A stretch of DNA of 64,000 nucleotides, taken from the NCBI GenBank assembly GCA_023213395.1, contig CM041465.1:124875741-124939740 (forward strand), written 5' to 3'. Source of the stretch: Cycas panzhihuaensis (taxonomy: Eukaryota > Plantae > Cycadophyta). The position numbers and the translations under genes were made by a program. Positions 1 through 13,739 of the stretch are shown one piece after another (positions within the stretch are counted from its first letter, which is position 1; the number at the start of each line of letters is the position of its first letter). The notes under the pieces were generated by a model, which was not told the origin of the DNA, did no database searches, and saw only the letters and a list, made by a program, of their open reading frames with translations.

Positions 1-68
1 ACATTAAAGGTGAAGAAGAGGCAAAATGACTCCATGCAAGTGGAATGGAGTGAATAGATCCCCTTCTA

Positions 69-80
69 GCTCTAATACCA
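69..80 (-). promoter_or_regulatory. Primer-binding site (tRNA-iMet type) of an LTR element running off the left edge
   Basis: The reverse complement is TGGTATTAGAGC (1 mismatch to TGGTATCAGAGC), 2 nt after a CA LTR end at position 83. Confidence 0.7.
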
Positions 81-82
81 CA

Positions 83-382
83 TGAGGGAAGGATGGATCT
101 AGGGAATAAATCACTCACATACATACAATGGCAATGGGGAATGAAAAAAAATATGAAATAAGATATGAGAGCAAGCTTGGAGGTAAGAATGAATAATTAC
201 TACCTCCTTGAGATTTCACCTTTTATTATTGAGGGTGAGCATTAGGGTTAGGATTTTCCTGCCTAATGACATGAACCTGAAATTACATATAAAAACACAT
301 AAAGTGCATTTCATTAAGAGACTAATGCTAATCAATATATCCTAAGGTCATATAATTAATCTACACAAATGACCTTGATACA
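83..382 (-). repeat. Probable 5' LTR of a window-truncated LTR retrotransposon inserted in the Tat-like 3' LTR
   Basis: The minus strand reads TGTATCAAGG...CTTCCCTCA followed by the PBS. The start boundary at 382 is a best guess because the partner LTR is outside the window. Confidence 0.4.
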
Positions 383-1222
383 TTAACCTCTTTCAATTGG
401 GCTACGGGGGTCAACTGGTACTTGGGCATAACATGGAGACATGAAGGAGGGTTGTGGAGTGCCATGGGATGCATATCCCTTGATCATCATAGGCTCAAGT
501 GGTATAATACAACATGATTAATCAATGGATGCATAATAGTCACACAATGAACCAAATAATCATGTAATGTAGAAAAGACATTTCAATTTACCTTTCTTAA
601 AATTGACAAAGGCAAGGGATAGAAGTGTACCTATACTTACCTGAGTCGACTCGCCTATGTCCATTCCCGGTAGCGAAAAAACATCCCCCCATACAAAAAC
701 CTTCATCCCTCTTATCTGAATCAGACATATTTGGGTTGTGGAGGCAAAGGAAAGATGGGTGGAAAGGGACTAACTCTAAGCAGAGAGGGACTAGCTACGA
801 GCATGGGTAGGAGACAGAGGTGTCAACCTGGGAGATGACGTGAGGGTTGTAGTATTAGAGGAGTAGTTTTGAGGGATTGAGGTTCAATTAGGCAAGGTCT
901 GGAGGGAAAGGGATCGCCTATAGGATCGATTTGATTGACTGCTTGATCAGATGGCATCTCAGTCACCATGCACTCATACTCACACAACCACACTATCTCA
1001 CAATAGGGTGAGGGGCAAGGGGAGCGAGGTTAGGACCTCATAGAGATGCAGGAAGAGCCTTGGGGGAGCTTGGTCCCTAAGTGAGAGAGGAGGGTAACTC
1101 GGGAGAGACACATCGTGATGATGCTATACCCTCATGAGGCCATTGTATCATAGATTTTGATGAGAGGAAAGCTTCAGACCTCTAGGGTGATCCATACTGC
1201 CACGTATATATGATTGTACATC

Positions 1223-1225
<3 letters not shown>

Positions 1226-1283
<58 letters not shown>
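1226..1283. repeat. Compound microsatellite (TA)n(GA)n
   Basis: Directly visible in the sequence. Confidence 0.97.
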
Positions 1284-1286
<3 letters not shown>

Positions 1287-1934
1287 GGACCACATTGGTA
1301 CCCCATTTTGATACACATGGTTGATTCATTTAATTGTGGATGGATATATTGATGCAGAGATGCATGGTAGATATATTAATACATATTGGCTTTGTTTTAT
1401 TATACATACTCTTTCACATGTTCTCTTTACATGATATGACACTCACATTAGGTACACACAATCATCTTTATATACTAGGTAATCTCACGTAGTCTTAGGG
1501 TGATGGGATTACATTTCTCTCAGGAGGAAAGTAATGATCCAAATATAAAAGAAAATAAGAATAGGTACAGATATCCCAAGAGCAGTAAAAGAGGATAAGA
1601 TATATCCCAAGAAACCTTTCCCAGGTAGTAACTTATGTTTGGGAGTGGATAGAGTTACTTTCTAGAGAAAGGGCCAAATAAAAGTGTGGAGATATGCCCT
1701 TATCGTGACATGTTTACCACCACTCATAGACCAAAAGGAGGGCATTGTTCGTCAAGAAGGGATGCAATACCTTTAGAAAGGAGCGTAGCCATCCTGATAA
1801 TAAGTAGGGTCTCTAGAAGCTTAGATACATACCATACCCCTAGTGAGGGTAATGTATGCCACATTCGAGTGGTAGTTTAGGCTCATTTGGGAGTGAAGCA
1901 CAAGCTTTCTTTCTACTCAGGAGGAGAAAGAAAT

Positions 1935-4620
1935 CAACTATAGAACTTGTCCAGTTTAAGCCCCTCCAATGTGACTATCCTATAGGCGCCATTGTTGAGG
2001 CTCTTAAGAATAACAAAGTGACCCACCCATTTAGAGCCAAATTTAGATAGGCAATCATAGATATAATTTAGCTTGAGGACTTAGTCCCTGGGATTCAACA
2101 GGTAAGGATGTAGATGTTTGTTATACATCCTTTGAGCCCTGGCTTTGGATATAAGGTTAGCTTGATACAAGGCCAAGTGTTTATCACCCAAATCCTCAAG
2201 GTCAAGGAGGTAGGCCTGGCAATGCTATTTCTCATTGATGAAATCTATAAGGGATACCCTTAAAGAGGGGATCTTGACCTCTAAAGGCAAAGCCACCTTA
2301 GTTTTGTAAACTGAGGAGAAAGGTGTCACCCCTATGGTAGTGTGGATCGAGGTGCAATAAGCCCATAGTACCAAATAGAGTTAAATATGCCAATCCCTTT
2401 AGGACTAGGTGATGGTTTTCTTTAAAATATTGATAAGAGTTTTGTTGAAAGACTTAATCTAGCCAATGGCTTGGGGGCAATAGGGGGATGAGGTCATGTG
2501 GAAGATCTTAAATCTCTCAAAAAGCTTGTCCATCTCCTTATTATAAAAGGGGCTTCCATTGTCTGTAATTAGGATGTCTGGGACCCCAAATCGATAGATA
2601 ATATACTAGTATACAAAGCTAGTAGTTGTCTTATTAGTTATAGATGACAATGGAATAGCTTTATCCCATTGGGTGAAGTATTCTGTTGTAGTTAAGATAA
2701 ATTTTTGTTGGGATGAGGAAGAAGTAATAGCTCCAATGATATCTAATCCCCATTCAGAGAAAGGCCATGAGGATATGATGGCATGCGGTACCTCATAAGG
2801 TAGGCAAATCACGTTGGCATGCTCTTGGCATTTGTGACAATGCTACATATAGGCATGGGCATCCTTGAATAGGGATGGCTAATAGTAACCCATGCAAAGG
2901 ATTATTTGGTCCATGGATTGGCCTCTAAAGTGGCCTCCACAAATGCCGCTATGACATTTGTGGAGAGTATGGTCAGTCTCTTCTAGACTAAGGCAACATA
3001 GGAGAACACCATCAAAAGACTACATATATAATATGTCCTGCATGAGGAAGTATTATCGAGTAGTAGCCCTAATACATGACTTCACTTTATCACTGACATT
3101 AGGAGGGTATTATTATTGAGTGAGGTATTGTATGACATCCCTATATCATTTTCTTATTAGCTAATGGATGGGGGGATGACTATTAGAGGGCTAGGATAGG
3201 CTCATTTGGCAAGGAATTATTAACTAGAGCCCCAAGGGAGTTAGGGATAGAAGTCTCAGCCAATTACTTTGTGACTGCTATTCCTTTTTTAGATTCCCTG
3301 TTAGCAATTTAAAGGTCGTATTCTTGAAGAAGGATAGCCCATTTATCTACCTTTCCTATCAAGTTTGATCGAGTCAAAAGATATCTCAACAAATCATATT
3401 AGACGATCATATGAGTGGTATTACCTAAGCGGTAGTGCCTGAACTTCTTAGTCATGTGGACCAATGCTAGGCACTCCTATTCAGCTAGTGAATAGTTTAA
3501 TTCTACTACCACCAGCATGCAACTGATAAAATAAATAGCTCTCTTGGTTTTAGAATCATCCTCTTAGGCTAACATGGCTCCCAACGATTCTTTAATCACT
3601 AAGGTATATAAAATAAAAGGGCGATCGAAGAGGGGAGGCACCAACACAGGAATGGATACCAAGGCTTGCTTAAGCTCTTGGAATGCTTCTTGAGCCTTAA
3701 GAGACCAAATGAATAGGGCTCCCTTCTTTAATAGGTTAGTCAAAGGCTTGGCATTTATGGCGAAGTTTTCCAAAAAATGCCTCAAGAATCCTAATCTCCC
3801 CAAGAACAGCTTGATTTGTCATTGAGTTTATAGGGTAGATATATCAACAATGGCTTTAACTTTGTTAGGGTCGATCTAGATTCCTTGTTAGAAAACAAGG
3901 AAACATAAGAGCTTACTAAATATCATTACAAAAATGCATTTAAGTGAATTCAAGCTTATATAGTATTTTCAACACCTCATGAAAATCACACATAGGTCCA
4001 TAGGGTGATCAATTCTCTTATGAGAGAGGCCCATCATGTCATCTATAAAGACTTCAAGAATCTTGTTTATAAGGTTGTGAAAGATGAATTTCATTACCCT
4101 TTAGTAGGTGGCACTTATTTTCTTCAATCTAAAGGGCATGACCTTGTAGGCAATTGTCCTCCATGGGGTAGTAAAGGTCATCTTATAATGGTCCTTAGGC
4201 AATATCTAGATCTAGTTATACCCAAAAAAGTTATCCATTAAGGACATAAGTTCAAAACCTATAGTATGATCAATAAATGATAGAGGGAAGTTGTCTTTAG
4301 GACAAGCATTATTGATATCCCAAAAGTCAACACAAATCCTAATCGTCACATTCTTTTTAGCAATGGAAATGATGTTGGAGACCTACTTGGGGTAATCGAT
4401 AAAAGTGATAAGCCCTACATCTAATAGTTTCTCCACTTCCATCTTAACAGTAGCCGATAGCTTAATATGCAATGGGTGTTATTTTTGCCACATAGGATGG
4501 GTGCCTGGAATAGTAATAAGGTTATGAGTTACAATACTAGGATCTATACCCTTCATATCCAAGTAATCGCAAGCAAATACATCTCAAAATTCTTGGAATA
4601 AGAGGGTATACTTCTTTATT
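1935..4620 (-). pseudogene. pol: T1 pol remnant: RT (~3790-4620), RNase H (~3260-3790), integrase (~1935-3150)
   Basis: Motifs include MKGIDPSIV, ICVDFWDINNACPKDNFPL, VMPFRL, FIWSLKAQEAFQELKQALVSIPVLVPP, CHSGICGGHF, WPFSEWGLDIIG and SKFGSKWVGHF. Many stops and frameshifts. Confidence 0.92.
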
Positions 4621-5559
4621 TCTTAGGGGGAGGCACTCTGCCGTAACCTTAATGACCTTGCTAGGGGTAAGGATGGTGTTCTTAGTTGCCCCCGTGCACA
4701 TGGCATTCCCCTCCTCAAAATGAAGGAGGGCTTGGCCAATAGAAGGATGGACTAGGGTGTCTGGTTGATTTGGGTCAGCTAAGGGCAACCTAAGGGCCAA
4801 ACACTTCTGAAAACTAAGTTTATGGTGTCCAGAAGGTAAACTGGATGCACAACCCACTAAATGCTCTAATAAAGCCTCATCATTCTTGAAGTAATCTATC
4901 CTATGGATAGTTTTGCTTGACAAGAATAGAGGAGAAGATATGGGGGTGATAGGCCTGTAGCAGTCAACCCACCACACCTACCTCATGGAAGGGAGAGTTG
5001 GATAGGATCGAGGTCACAAACAATAGTCTTGTCATGTGAGAAGAGAGGCTCCTTGTCCTCATTATCTACAAGGGATACTGAGGCTTGGGAAGTGAGAGAT
5101 GATTGTATAGGATAAAGGTCTACACACATAACATGGTTGATAGTGCGTGGGTCCTAGAATGAGGTGGAAGAGGGATTACCCTTATCGCATAACTCAAGCT
5201 GAGGTGTAAGGCACTAAGAAAGATGAGAGGGGTGCCAACTTCACATGTTGAGAAGGGATATGGGATGGGGAGGATCCTTGTTGTCATCTTCAGACTCTTG
5301 GTCACTCATGATGACAAGGTTTCCATAACTCTTGATGCCAATATGGTGAAATGAATAAGGTTAGATGAGGAGGGAGGCATGTCCTCTCCTTCTTGGGTGT
5401 TTTAGACACTGCTAGGGTAAGGGATCAATGAAGCAAACAGATCCTCAACCTCATTAGTTGACCTAAAAATCACCTAACAAGGTTGATGAGGCAGTTGACC
5501 AAGGTGAGACTCCCAAAGGACAACCTTCATTCACCCCTCATAGACGAACTTGAGTTACC

Positions 5560-5960
5560 TCTATCTAGAGGAGTGAACGACCCCCATTTGGTTTAACCAC
5601 AAGTGTCCTAATAAGAGGTTGTAATCCACATCTATATCAAGGACCATAATGTCTATTTAGATGGTATTTTCCTCTAGGGTAAGGGGAATTGACACCATTC
5701 CTAGGGGTGTGTTCTCGCTACCATCGTAGCCTTGGCACCTCCATGCAACCAGTTTGAGGGTCCCTGTGCTTAGCTCCTCCACCATGTGAACATGCATGGC
5801 ATTAACTGAGGAACCATTATCTATAATGGTCCTCTTTAGGGTATAATCAGGGGTATCTATAGTAATGATAAAAGGGTAGTACCATTGGCACTCCCTTTTG
5901 CTAGTAGTAGGGAGGTCTCTAGAGTCAAAAGTGATAAGGAGTGCCTCAGTCGAGGTCAAG
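5560..5960 (-). pseudogene. T1 aspartic protease remnant
   Basis: ORF 5657-5959 contains RTIIDNGSSVNAM, followed by VDYNLLLGHLWLNQMG, as in Ogre/Tat proteases. Confidence 0.85.
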
Positions 5961-6899
5961 CCTACTGAATGAATAAGGGCATATTTTTGACCTAAAGCCT
6001 CTAAGAGGAGGTCTCATTGCTTAGGGAAACTCTATAAGACATCTATCATAAGCATGCCTATGGCAATAGTATGCAATTCCTCAATAATCAAAAAGGACTT
6101 CCCTTTCCCAATGGGTTGGGGAAGTGGCCTTCGAATGGGCAAATAGGAATAGTCTTGGAGACAACAAGGATCTCTGTAGGTGGATTACCCACAAGAAACT
6201 TTTGTTGGGAAGTAGAGGCATCAAAGGCCTTCTTGGTTGCTTGAGACCCTGTAATGGGATATAAGGGTGTAGTCTTAAGCATCTGAATCACCCTCTTACC
6301 CTTGTTTTTAGGTTGCAATGATGAGGGGTGTTGGGCTTTAGGGCTTAGTATAAATGATGTTTCCCATGCCCCCTTCCCATTTTCTTAGTTGAAAGAAAGG
6401 TTAGAGGACCATTCCCTATTCCTCGCCCTCCTACTTTGAGCAGGCAGATCTTATTCTCCATGGTTAGGGAAGGGATCCCTATGAACTAGTTGATCTAAAT
6501 TGGGCTTGGAAGCCCTTTTGGAGGAGTTGTCATGACATGGCACGAGCTCTAGGTGTTGTGTCCAATATTGCAAGTCTCCATGAAGATACTCCCCATGCAT
6601 GAAACACCATTTCTTTTCAGGGGGAGGTCTTACCCTATTCCCTTAAGAAGTCTAAGTGTTCCTACCTTTGGGTGGTATGGCATAGGAGGCCTGGTGAATT
6701 GGCCTATGTGACTTGAAAGAGGTTTGAAAAAGTTAGAGATTTAGGTCCTTCATCATACGTTCAAAAGAACGTATGGAAGATGTCAAGGGATCCAAGGTTC
6801 TATAAATCGTGCTAATAGAAGGCCTTAGGGGTTGTTGTTGAGTTCTTTGCTCATATGATGGAGGGGTGCCTCATGTCATTATGATTACTTGAGGGGCTT

Positions 6900-7450
6900 C
6901 TTGAGATTGGCTTGGATCTTAATAACCTCTAACTTCAAGCATTTTACTACGGTAGAATCACATGTTATTGCCCTCATATTTAGGACTTTGACATGGACTT
7001 TGGGATGAAGGGCATTCATGAAGATGTCATGCTTCAATTCCTCAAGCAACGTGGCCTTGGAGGAATGAAGTTGGTCATGAAAGCGCCTAATAAAGTCACA
7101 ATTAAGCTCTTTGTCGCCTTGTTTAATAGAGAGAAGGGCTTTGACCCTACTTTCAAATAGGTAAGTTACATCAAATTAATTGACAAACTCATCCACAAGC
7201 TATTGAAAACTATAGATAGAATTAATAGGGAGATGATAGAACTACTTAAGGGCATCTCTTTGCAAGGATCTAGGGAATAGTTTCATAAGAATGTGATCAT
7301 AGGCCCAATAGTCGATGCATGCCATGGCAAAGCCCCTAGTGTACTCAGTTGGGTTTTGTGAAGAGGTATTGTCAAACTTGGGTACCTCGGGAGGGTGAGG
7401 CGAAAGGTTGGTCTTAAGGCCCTCGACCAAAAGAGGGGTTAACCTATAGC
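6900..7450 (-). pseudogene. gag: T1 gag (retrotransposon gag domain) remnant
   Basis: ORF 7242-7430 contains PKFD...P.EY...F..AC....LMKLFPRSLQRDALK, and a downstream IKQGDKE...FIRRF segment. Confidence 0.82.
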
Positions 7451-9107
7451 CAACAAAGGGATAAGCCCCTGTTTGAACTAGAGGGTCAACTTGAGGTAAG
7501 AGAGGAGGTGAGTACGGATACCCAAGTCCACCATAAGTAGTTTGGGCATATGAAGAATAAGGATTCCCACCTATTTAATGGGAGGAGGGCATTCCCATTT
7601 GTAGGTAGGTTAGGTAAGAAGGAGGCAAGAAAGAGGCTCTCATCCCACCATAAGGATATACCCCCTATTGAGGTGGCACATGAGAATAAGGGGCATGAGG
7701 AGGAACAGATCCCCCCTGCCAAAGGGTCATGTACGATGTTATACACATTGACGATGTTGCATGATAGGGTATGGGGTTCTACCCATATGATCCCCCTATG
7801 GGAGGTGTGAAATAGGTTAATGTCACAAGGTGATTATATTAGTTGATTATTCCTAAAAGGGTCTTAAGTTAACTTTAAATTAGATCACTTAAGTGAAATG
7901 CACTTTCATGTGCATTATGTGTGATTTCATTTCACCTAACTCTAATGCTTCCTCTCCCAATATAAAAGTAAAAGTTCAATGGAGAAGGCTCATTCTTACC
8001 TCCCCATTTTATGAGAGCTACTCTTTTTCTCTTAAGTCTCTCTTGCTCCCATATTTGCCTTTGTGTTTAGTGCATGGAGATGAGGATAGATCCACTCCTT
8101 TCAAGGTTAAACTCCATAAGGATGGTAGGGATCCACCCCATAAGTAGGAAGAGGGTTAGGCCTTCCATGCCCCCAAGATTGCAATGTGTACCCTAGGGGT
8201 ATGTAGAGGGATGAGTCCTCAGATTATGGATGAGGGTGTATATGGATGGGTTCTTCATGGCCCAAAGAATAGGAATGAGGGGGTGTTCTTGGTCAAGCAA
8301 AATAAGTATTCACCATCGTGGGCTGTGGCATGGTTGTTTGGCTTAGAGGAGGTATGCTTAACCCAATCTGGGATCAGCATGCCTTGGGCCACCCCTTATG
8401 CAAAGGAAGCATCCATAGATGAGGAGACAATAGGAGGAGGTCCTGCCATCAACGAAAGAAAAGGTGGAGATGAAGTAAAAGGTGTAGATACAAAAGAAGA
8501 TGGTGTAACACTATGAAGGAGGCCCTTTAACTATTTTAGAGGTGGTCGAGCACTTATCGCTTTAAAGCATTTCCACAATGCTTCTATTGCATCTATAGGA
8601 GGAGTTCCAGCCTAGTCATATGAGGTAAATGGATCCTCAGGTTGGGAAAAACTCAGAGGTTGCTCCTAATGGACCCTCTCATTAGGGTGAGAGTAATCTA
8701 TGGGATAAGAGGCTCCTATGTTATGCGTAGGATAGGAATGAAATTTTGGATGGGCTTAATCATCTAGATAGTATATGGGATCCTTGCCTTCTTGGGGGAG
8801 ATCCTAAGGGGGATAATAGGTTTGAGGTTAGGACTCATAAACAAAAGTGTGATATGTCCAGTCTAAAGAAAACCCCTCTATCATCGATTCAAAATTAGAT
8901 AAGGGGACAAAAGAATAGAGGGGCTCTTTTGTTATCGGGGAAAGGCTATACAAATAATGAGAAAAGCATTACCCAAGAGACTATGGAAGAGGAAGGATAA
9001 ATAATTTAGAATGATATGTTAAGGTTACTCAACACACTATAAGGATGATAAGAAGAAGGAAGCTATATTCAGAAACCAAAGGTATGCCTAGGTTTCCTAA
9101 TTGGCAT

Positions 9108-9125
9108 TCCCTAGTATGGTCACTA
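9108..9125 (-). promoter_or_regulatory. Decayed tRNA-Arg-type PBS of T1
   Basis: The minus strand reads TAGTGACCATACTAGGGA, explainable as TGGCGACCATGCTGGGGA after transitions. It lies 1 nt after a CA. Confidence 0.6.
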
Positions 9126-9126
9126 G

Positions 9127-12100
9127 TGGAATTGCACTTACAGGGCTGACGCAAAGGCCTAGAGGCATAAGGTAGGTCAAGACCACCCTCGAAGGGCGTC
9201 TGCATGTCATAACACAATATTTGAGGAACGCAATGATGCATAACCTCTTTCTACTTTGAAGGGTTAGAAATGATGAAAATAATAAGAAGGGCAGCATCCT
9301 CGGGTTGTCAAATAACCTAGATGAAGCTCTCATATCCTTGGGAGGAAGGAAAGAGATAAGAGGTTTCCCTTTAGAAAGGTAATGAAAGAGAAAGTAAAGC
9401 TCCTTTTGAAAAAGGAGGCTAAAGCAATGGAATGGGATGAGGGAACAATGGTTTGGGATGGTTTATTAATGGATTAAAGGATTACCTTTAGGGGTTAGGG
9501 TTTTGGTGGTAAGTTTGCAAAAGGGAGAGAATGTCACTTCTATCTATTAAAAACTTAGTTGTAGGCTCTTCTTGGGTTACAAGAAGAGGGGTGGTGTTTA
9601 AGTTTATTATTATTTTTTTTTTGTTATAATGCAATTTAATTTTATGGTGTAATGGTTGTAAAGTTCATAAAATAAAATGAGTGTGCAACAAACATACAAT
9701 ACACTATCTCTCTCTCTCTTCTTCACTCTCCTTTCTTTTTTTATTCAAGGGTTAGAGTTGGGATGCAAGTAAGAAATAGTAAGAAAATATTACAACCAAC
9801 TATTTTGACTAGGTTTTATTTTAATACAACAAATGAAAATAAAATGCAACTATGTTTTTTATTCATGTAAAAGGGATGCCTGTAATGTCTTTCGAATTCT
9901 CCTCTACATGCAACATGCAAAGTTGGGATAAGGGAGTATACAAACTCTTCCTTTTAAGTGCAAGAGGAAAGCAATCATGGTTTGCCTATGCTATGCTTTT
10001 CTCCTACATGAGATCCATATGCATGAAAGAAAAGGGATAAATATTTTTTCTTTTATTAGATTTCTCTTTAGGAAAAGGGGAAAAAAGAGGCAAGAAAAGA
10101 GAAGGTTTGATGAAGTGCACCTGGTTCCATGACATTTAGTAACATAGTGCAACTCTTCATTGTGTGTCTCCCTTATCGAAAATGTTACTTCCTTTGTTAT
10201 TACGGATGTTATTGAAGGTGGAAAGGGGGGCTTCCTTACCTTTCCCAAATTCTAATTCAATAAATGTAAAAGATGAAAAGGAAACAAAGTGATGGAGTAA
10301 AAATAAACAACTACTATTATGAAATAGTGTTACCTTTTATAAGATGTTGCTTTGCTTGCAAGAGTGAGTCTTCCACCTACATAACAAAAGAAACAAAAAA
10401 CTTTCCACAAGTAAAGACATGTATATATATGTATGTATTTCTTTAAATAAAATGATGTTAGTAGGTTTGTTTCCAACATAGAACAATAAAACAAAAGTTG
10501 AATATTATTTTTCTCACTTACAACCTCACCATGAAACTATTGAGAGAAATGGGAGAAGAAAAAGGGAGAGTGCCTTAGAATGGTGGAGCTCCTCTATTGG
10601 GTAGTATTTCCTAATTTACAGTAGGTATCTCAGACTTAAGTGGCAATTTGGTTTGGTGTTTTGGGGTAGGATATCAAGCCACAAAGGTATGTTGTAGGTT
10701 TCACAATAAAAAAGTATTGCACTCGCTATGGTAGATGCTTTATAGCTTGGGGGAGGGATATACCCAAGTGGAAGGTGGCCTTTAGAGCTAAAACTTAGGC
10801 ATATTAGCCTTCCTACAATCTCCCTTGGCTAGTCAAGCACTTCACTTACCATTAGCTAGTGATTTTGAGGGTGAAATAATGGTTTTTATGTTAAAAGGAA
10901 GGTGTTGCCTCCAAGTTTACACAAGGAAATCTACTAAATGTCTATGAAATTGGCTCTAAATGATAGATCTAATAAAACACATAGCAAATGGTGAGATAGC
11001 CATAGTAAAATAAAGATATTAGCAAGAAAAACTAAACTAAAATGGGCTTACCCATTTGGAAGAAGAGGATGTAGGTGGAAGTTGAGAGTTTCATTGAAGA
11101 AGCAAGCTTTTAGAGAAGGAATCCTTGCTTGATGATGAAGGGGACTGTCTCTTTAGTTGTAGTAGAAGCTTGGAGATGATCTCCTACCTTTCAAGTGCTA
11201 GTTTCCTCTTGCTTGCTTGCCAAAAATGTTGTTTTTTTAGATGCCCTGTATATATAGAGAAGAGTAGTGTAGAAAGTAGCTTGGAGGAGAGCTCAAGAGT
11301 GAAGAATGATGATTGTAGATAATCCATAACGAGATTGAATTTTGGTTTTTAAGTTCTATTGGCTTCTCAGGACCACTAGGTCATGATCTAGGCTGGTACC
11401 AAGGGCAGATCTCATGTTAGGGTTGCATTAAATATAAATTTAACTATTTTTACCTATGTTTAAACTCATAATAGTTGCATTGAAAATATATTAGTAGTAT
11501 CATGATTATATTAGTGGTGCCACAAATATAAAAGTAGGGCACAATTATCAAGGCAAGGTAAACAAAAAACTAGGCAAGGCAACAACAAAACTACATAAAT
11601 TGATAAAATTTGGTAAATGATAGCAAATATCAATAAAACAGAGAGAGGGGATGATTGTTAAGGGCCTTAAATTCCTTCCTAAAGGTTAATAAATCATATC
11701 TAGGTTGTTTCATAAGTTGAATGGTGGTGGAAACATATGAGGCACCCATCGAAATGAGTTAGAAGTCAATAAACGATAGTAATCAAGGATAAACAACTAC
11801 TAACAATGTAATTTGAAAACAAGCCTCATATGAAATGAGTAACAATGGGGCATCTTTTCTCAAGAAACCTCAATAAACTATCCTTGGTAGACTAAGGGGA
11901 TAGGTGAGGCATGGAAAGGTGGAAAAGATGTTATAAGAAGGTGCAAAATGAGCCAAGAGTCACCCAAGCTAAGCTACAGAGGCATGTGAGGGACCTATTG
12001 CCAATTAGGGCTTACCACAGGAGCTCAATAATGCCATTGGACCAGAGTCTTGGTCATCATAAGTAAGAATACACACACAGGCAAGGGGATTAAGAAAGCA

Positions 12101-12237
12101 ATCGAAGCAATCAAGTAAGCATACAAGCATCACATACCACAATAACTATAAAAATATGATAGAATCTAAGGGATAACATATATACCTAATCTTACATGTG
12201 TTATGGTGCCTAGTCCATTCCTGGTTGGTGGGAAATA
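9127..12237 (-). repeat. T1 5' LTR (~3.1 kb)
   Basis: It is bounded by the PBS and by a decayed TG terminus (TATTTCCCACCAACCAGGAATGGAC) homologous to the PPT-adjacent terminus at 683. A TATA-like element lies near 11250. Confidence 0.55.
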
Positions 12238-13312
12238 AAGGCCCATTGGGATGATCTCTTAAGGTGCGATCTATGTTTAGAGGATGACTATATGATCATG
12301 AAATGGATTATTTATTTTAAATAAGTATTAATTGAAAGATTCTTTCATATGAAAGATCCCTCAATGACATGGAAGATGAAATTAACTTTCATCCTTTTCT
12401 AGATAGAGTGATTAAGGAATGGACATACTTACTTAAAGTCCTCCTCTTATATGTTCTCTTTGTGGATGATTACATCTTCTTTCCATGCAAGTTTACTTGA
12501 TCCTCTAGTCTTTCTAATTTTTGGTTAGATGTAGCTCGTCTTATCTATTTGTTATGGTAATATTTTTTCTAATGAATAGTCAGGAATTAGGTTTGTTTGG
12601 CTTGTTCTGTTATTATTTGGAGGTGGGTTTTACCCTATCCTTATCTTAACCTTAGGGTTGGTTTTAGGTTTTGTCTAAGTCAGTGATATAGATCTTCTTT
12701 GATATCAAAGTTTTGTTAAGACCTAAAGGGAGATGCTATGAGTATGTAGCCATCATATGGACCAATGTAGGTATTTTTGGATTGTATAGGCAATGTGAAT
12801 AATAGGTGGCTTCACTAGTTGTAATATTTGGGTTTGTGACCAAGGAGTAATGATGAAGGTGACATGACTTGTGGCATTTTGAAGAAAGGCACAAAACTTA
12901 TATATCTGAGCCTAAGGTGGTTATATTATAGGCAATATGGCATGTTGCCTATAGATATGAGATTTCAAGAAGCTGACTGTAGCAACAAACACAAGATTTT
13001 ATTAGTTAATTACCATTATGTTATATGATATTTTTTATAAATAAATGTGCTAGTCATGGTAGGATGTATTAATCTTTCTTAAAGAGATAGATATTAAGTA
13101 TTTATGTTGGAATATTATTTCCCTTCATGCTTTTAGAGGGCATGGAGTTGTGTTCTATTGGTTTCTCTGAAGCAAGTAGGGCCAGGTACAAGTCCTGGGT
13201 GATTTTAGTGGAATACCTCCCCCTATCATATGGTACCTTATGTTGAAGGGCCAACCCCACTTTATAAGAATTTACCTTTTAAGAAAGAGAAGTAAAGAAT
13301 TGGTTAGAAGAT

Positions 13313-13739
13313 TGTTAGGAATGTTAATATTAACTTTTTATATCGCATGTCAAAAATGTAAACTTAAGTCACTAAGGTCAGTTTGATAAAGTTTATGTTT
13401 AATTATTGTTTATTATGTAAGTTCATTGAAATGAGCAATTACCCATTTCAACAAACCTCTCACTCCTTACAAAGATCCTCCTAGAATCTAGGAGGAGGTC
13501 AGGTTGTCAAAAGTTTGTATTAAGGTTGTTCTGAAGCTATTCTCTAGTATGAAAGAGGTATATCAGTCTGGACAGGTTCTTATGTTATGTTTATATTTTC
13601 TCAGCCAATAGATCAACGTTAAGAGGTGGGTTTTCTTCCCTAGAAGGGGTTTTCCACCTGCCAATCCATGTGTATCTGTGTATATTCTATGCTTTTCATT
13701 TCATCCTAATGATATTGCATATGATACCTATCCTCAACA
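13313..13739 (+). repeat. Copia A 5' LTR
   Basis: Direct repeat of 19742-20183, followed by the PBS. Confidence 0.97.

Larger units (their letters stand above)
383..12237 (-). mobile_element. Degenerate Ty3/Gypsy, Tat/Ogre-like non-chromovirus (element T1)
   Basis: Domain order is gag-PR-RT-RH-INT on the minus strand. It has an Arg-type PBS at 9108-9125, a PPT (TATGGGGGGA) at 684-693, and related LTR starts at 12237 and 683 (T[G/A]TTT..C..C.GGAATGGAC). Confidence 0.8.

Noticed and set aside
69-693. A single LTR shared between a PPT and a PBS
   Set aside because: The PBS type (iMet) differs from that of T1 (Arg-like), and a plausible independent LTR start exists at 382, so a nested insertion is simpler.
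12238-13312. Older element hosting A and B (PBS-like sites at ~12700 and ~13128; continues at 20189-21370 and 32543-33600)
   Set aside because: Too decayed to define termini, TSD or domains with confidence.
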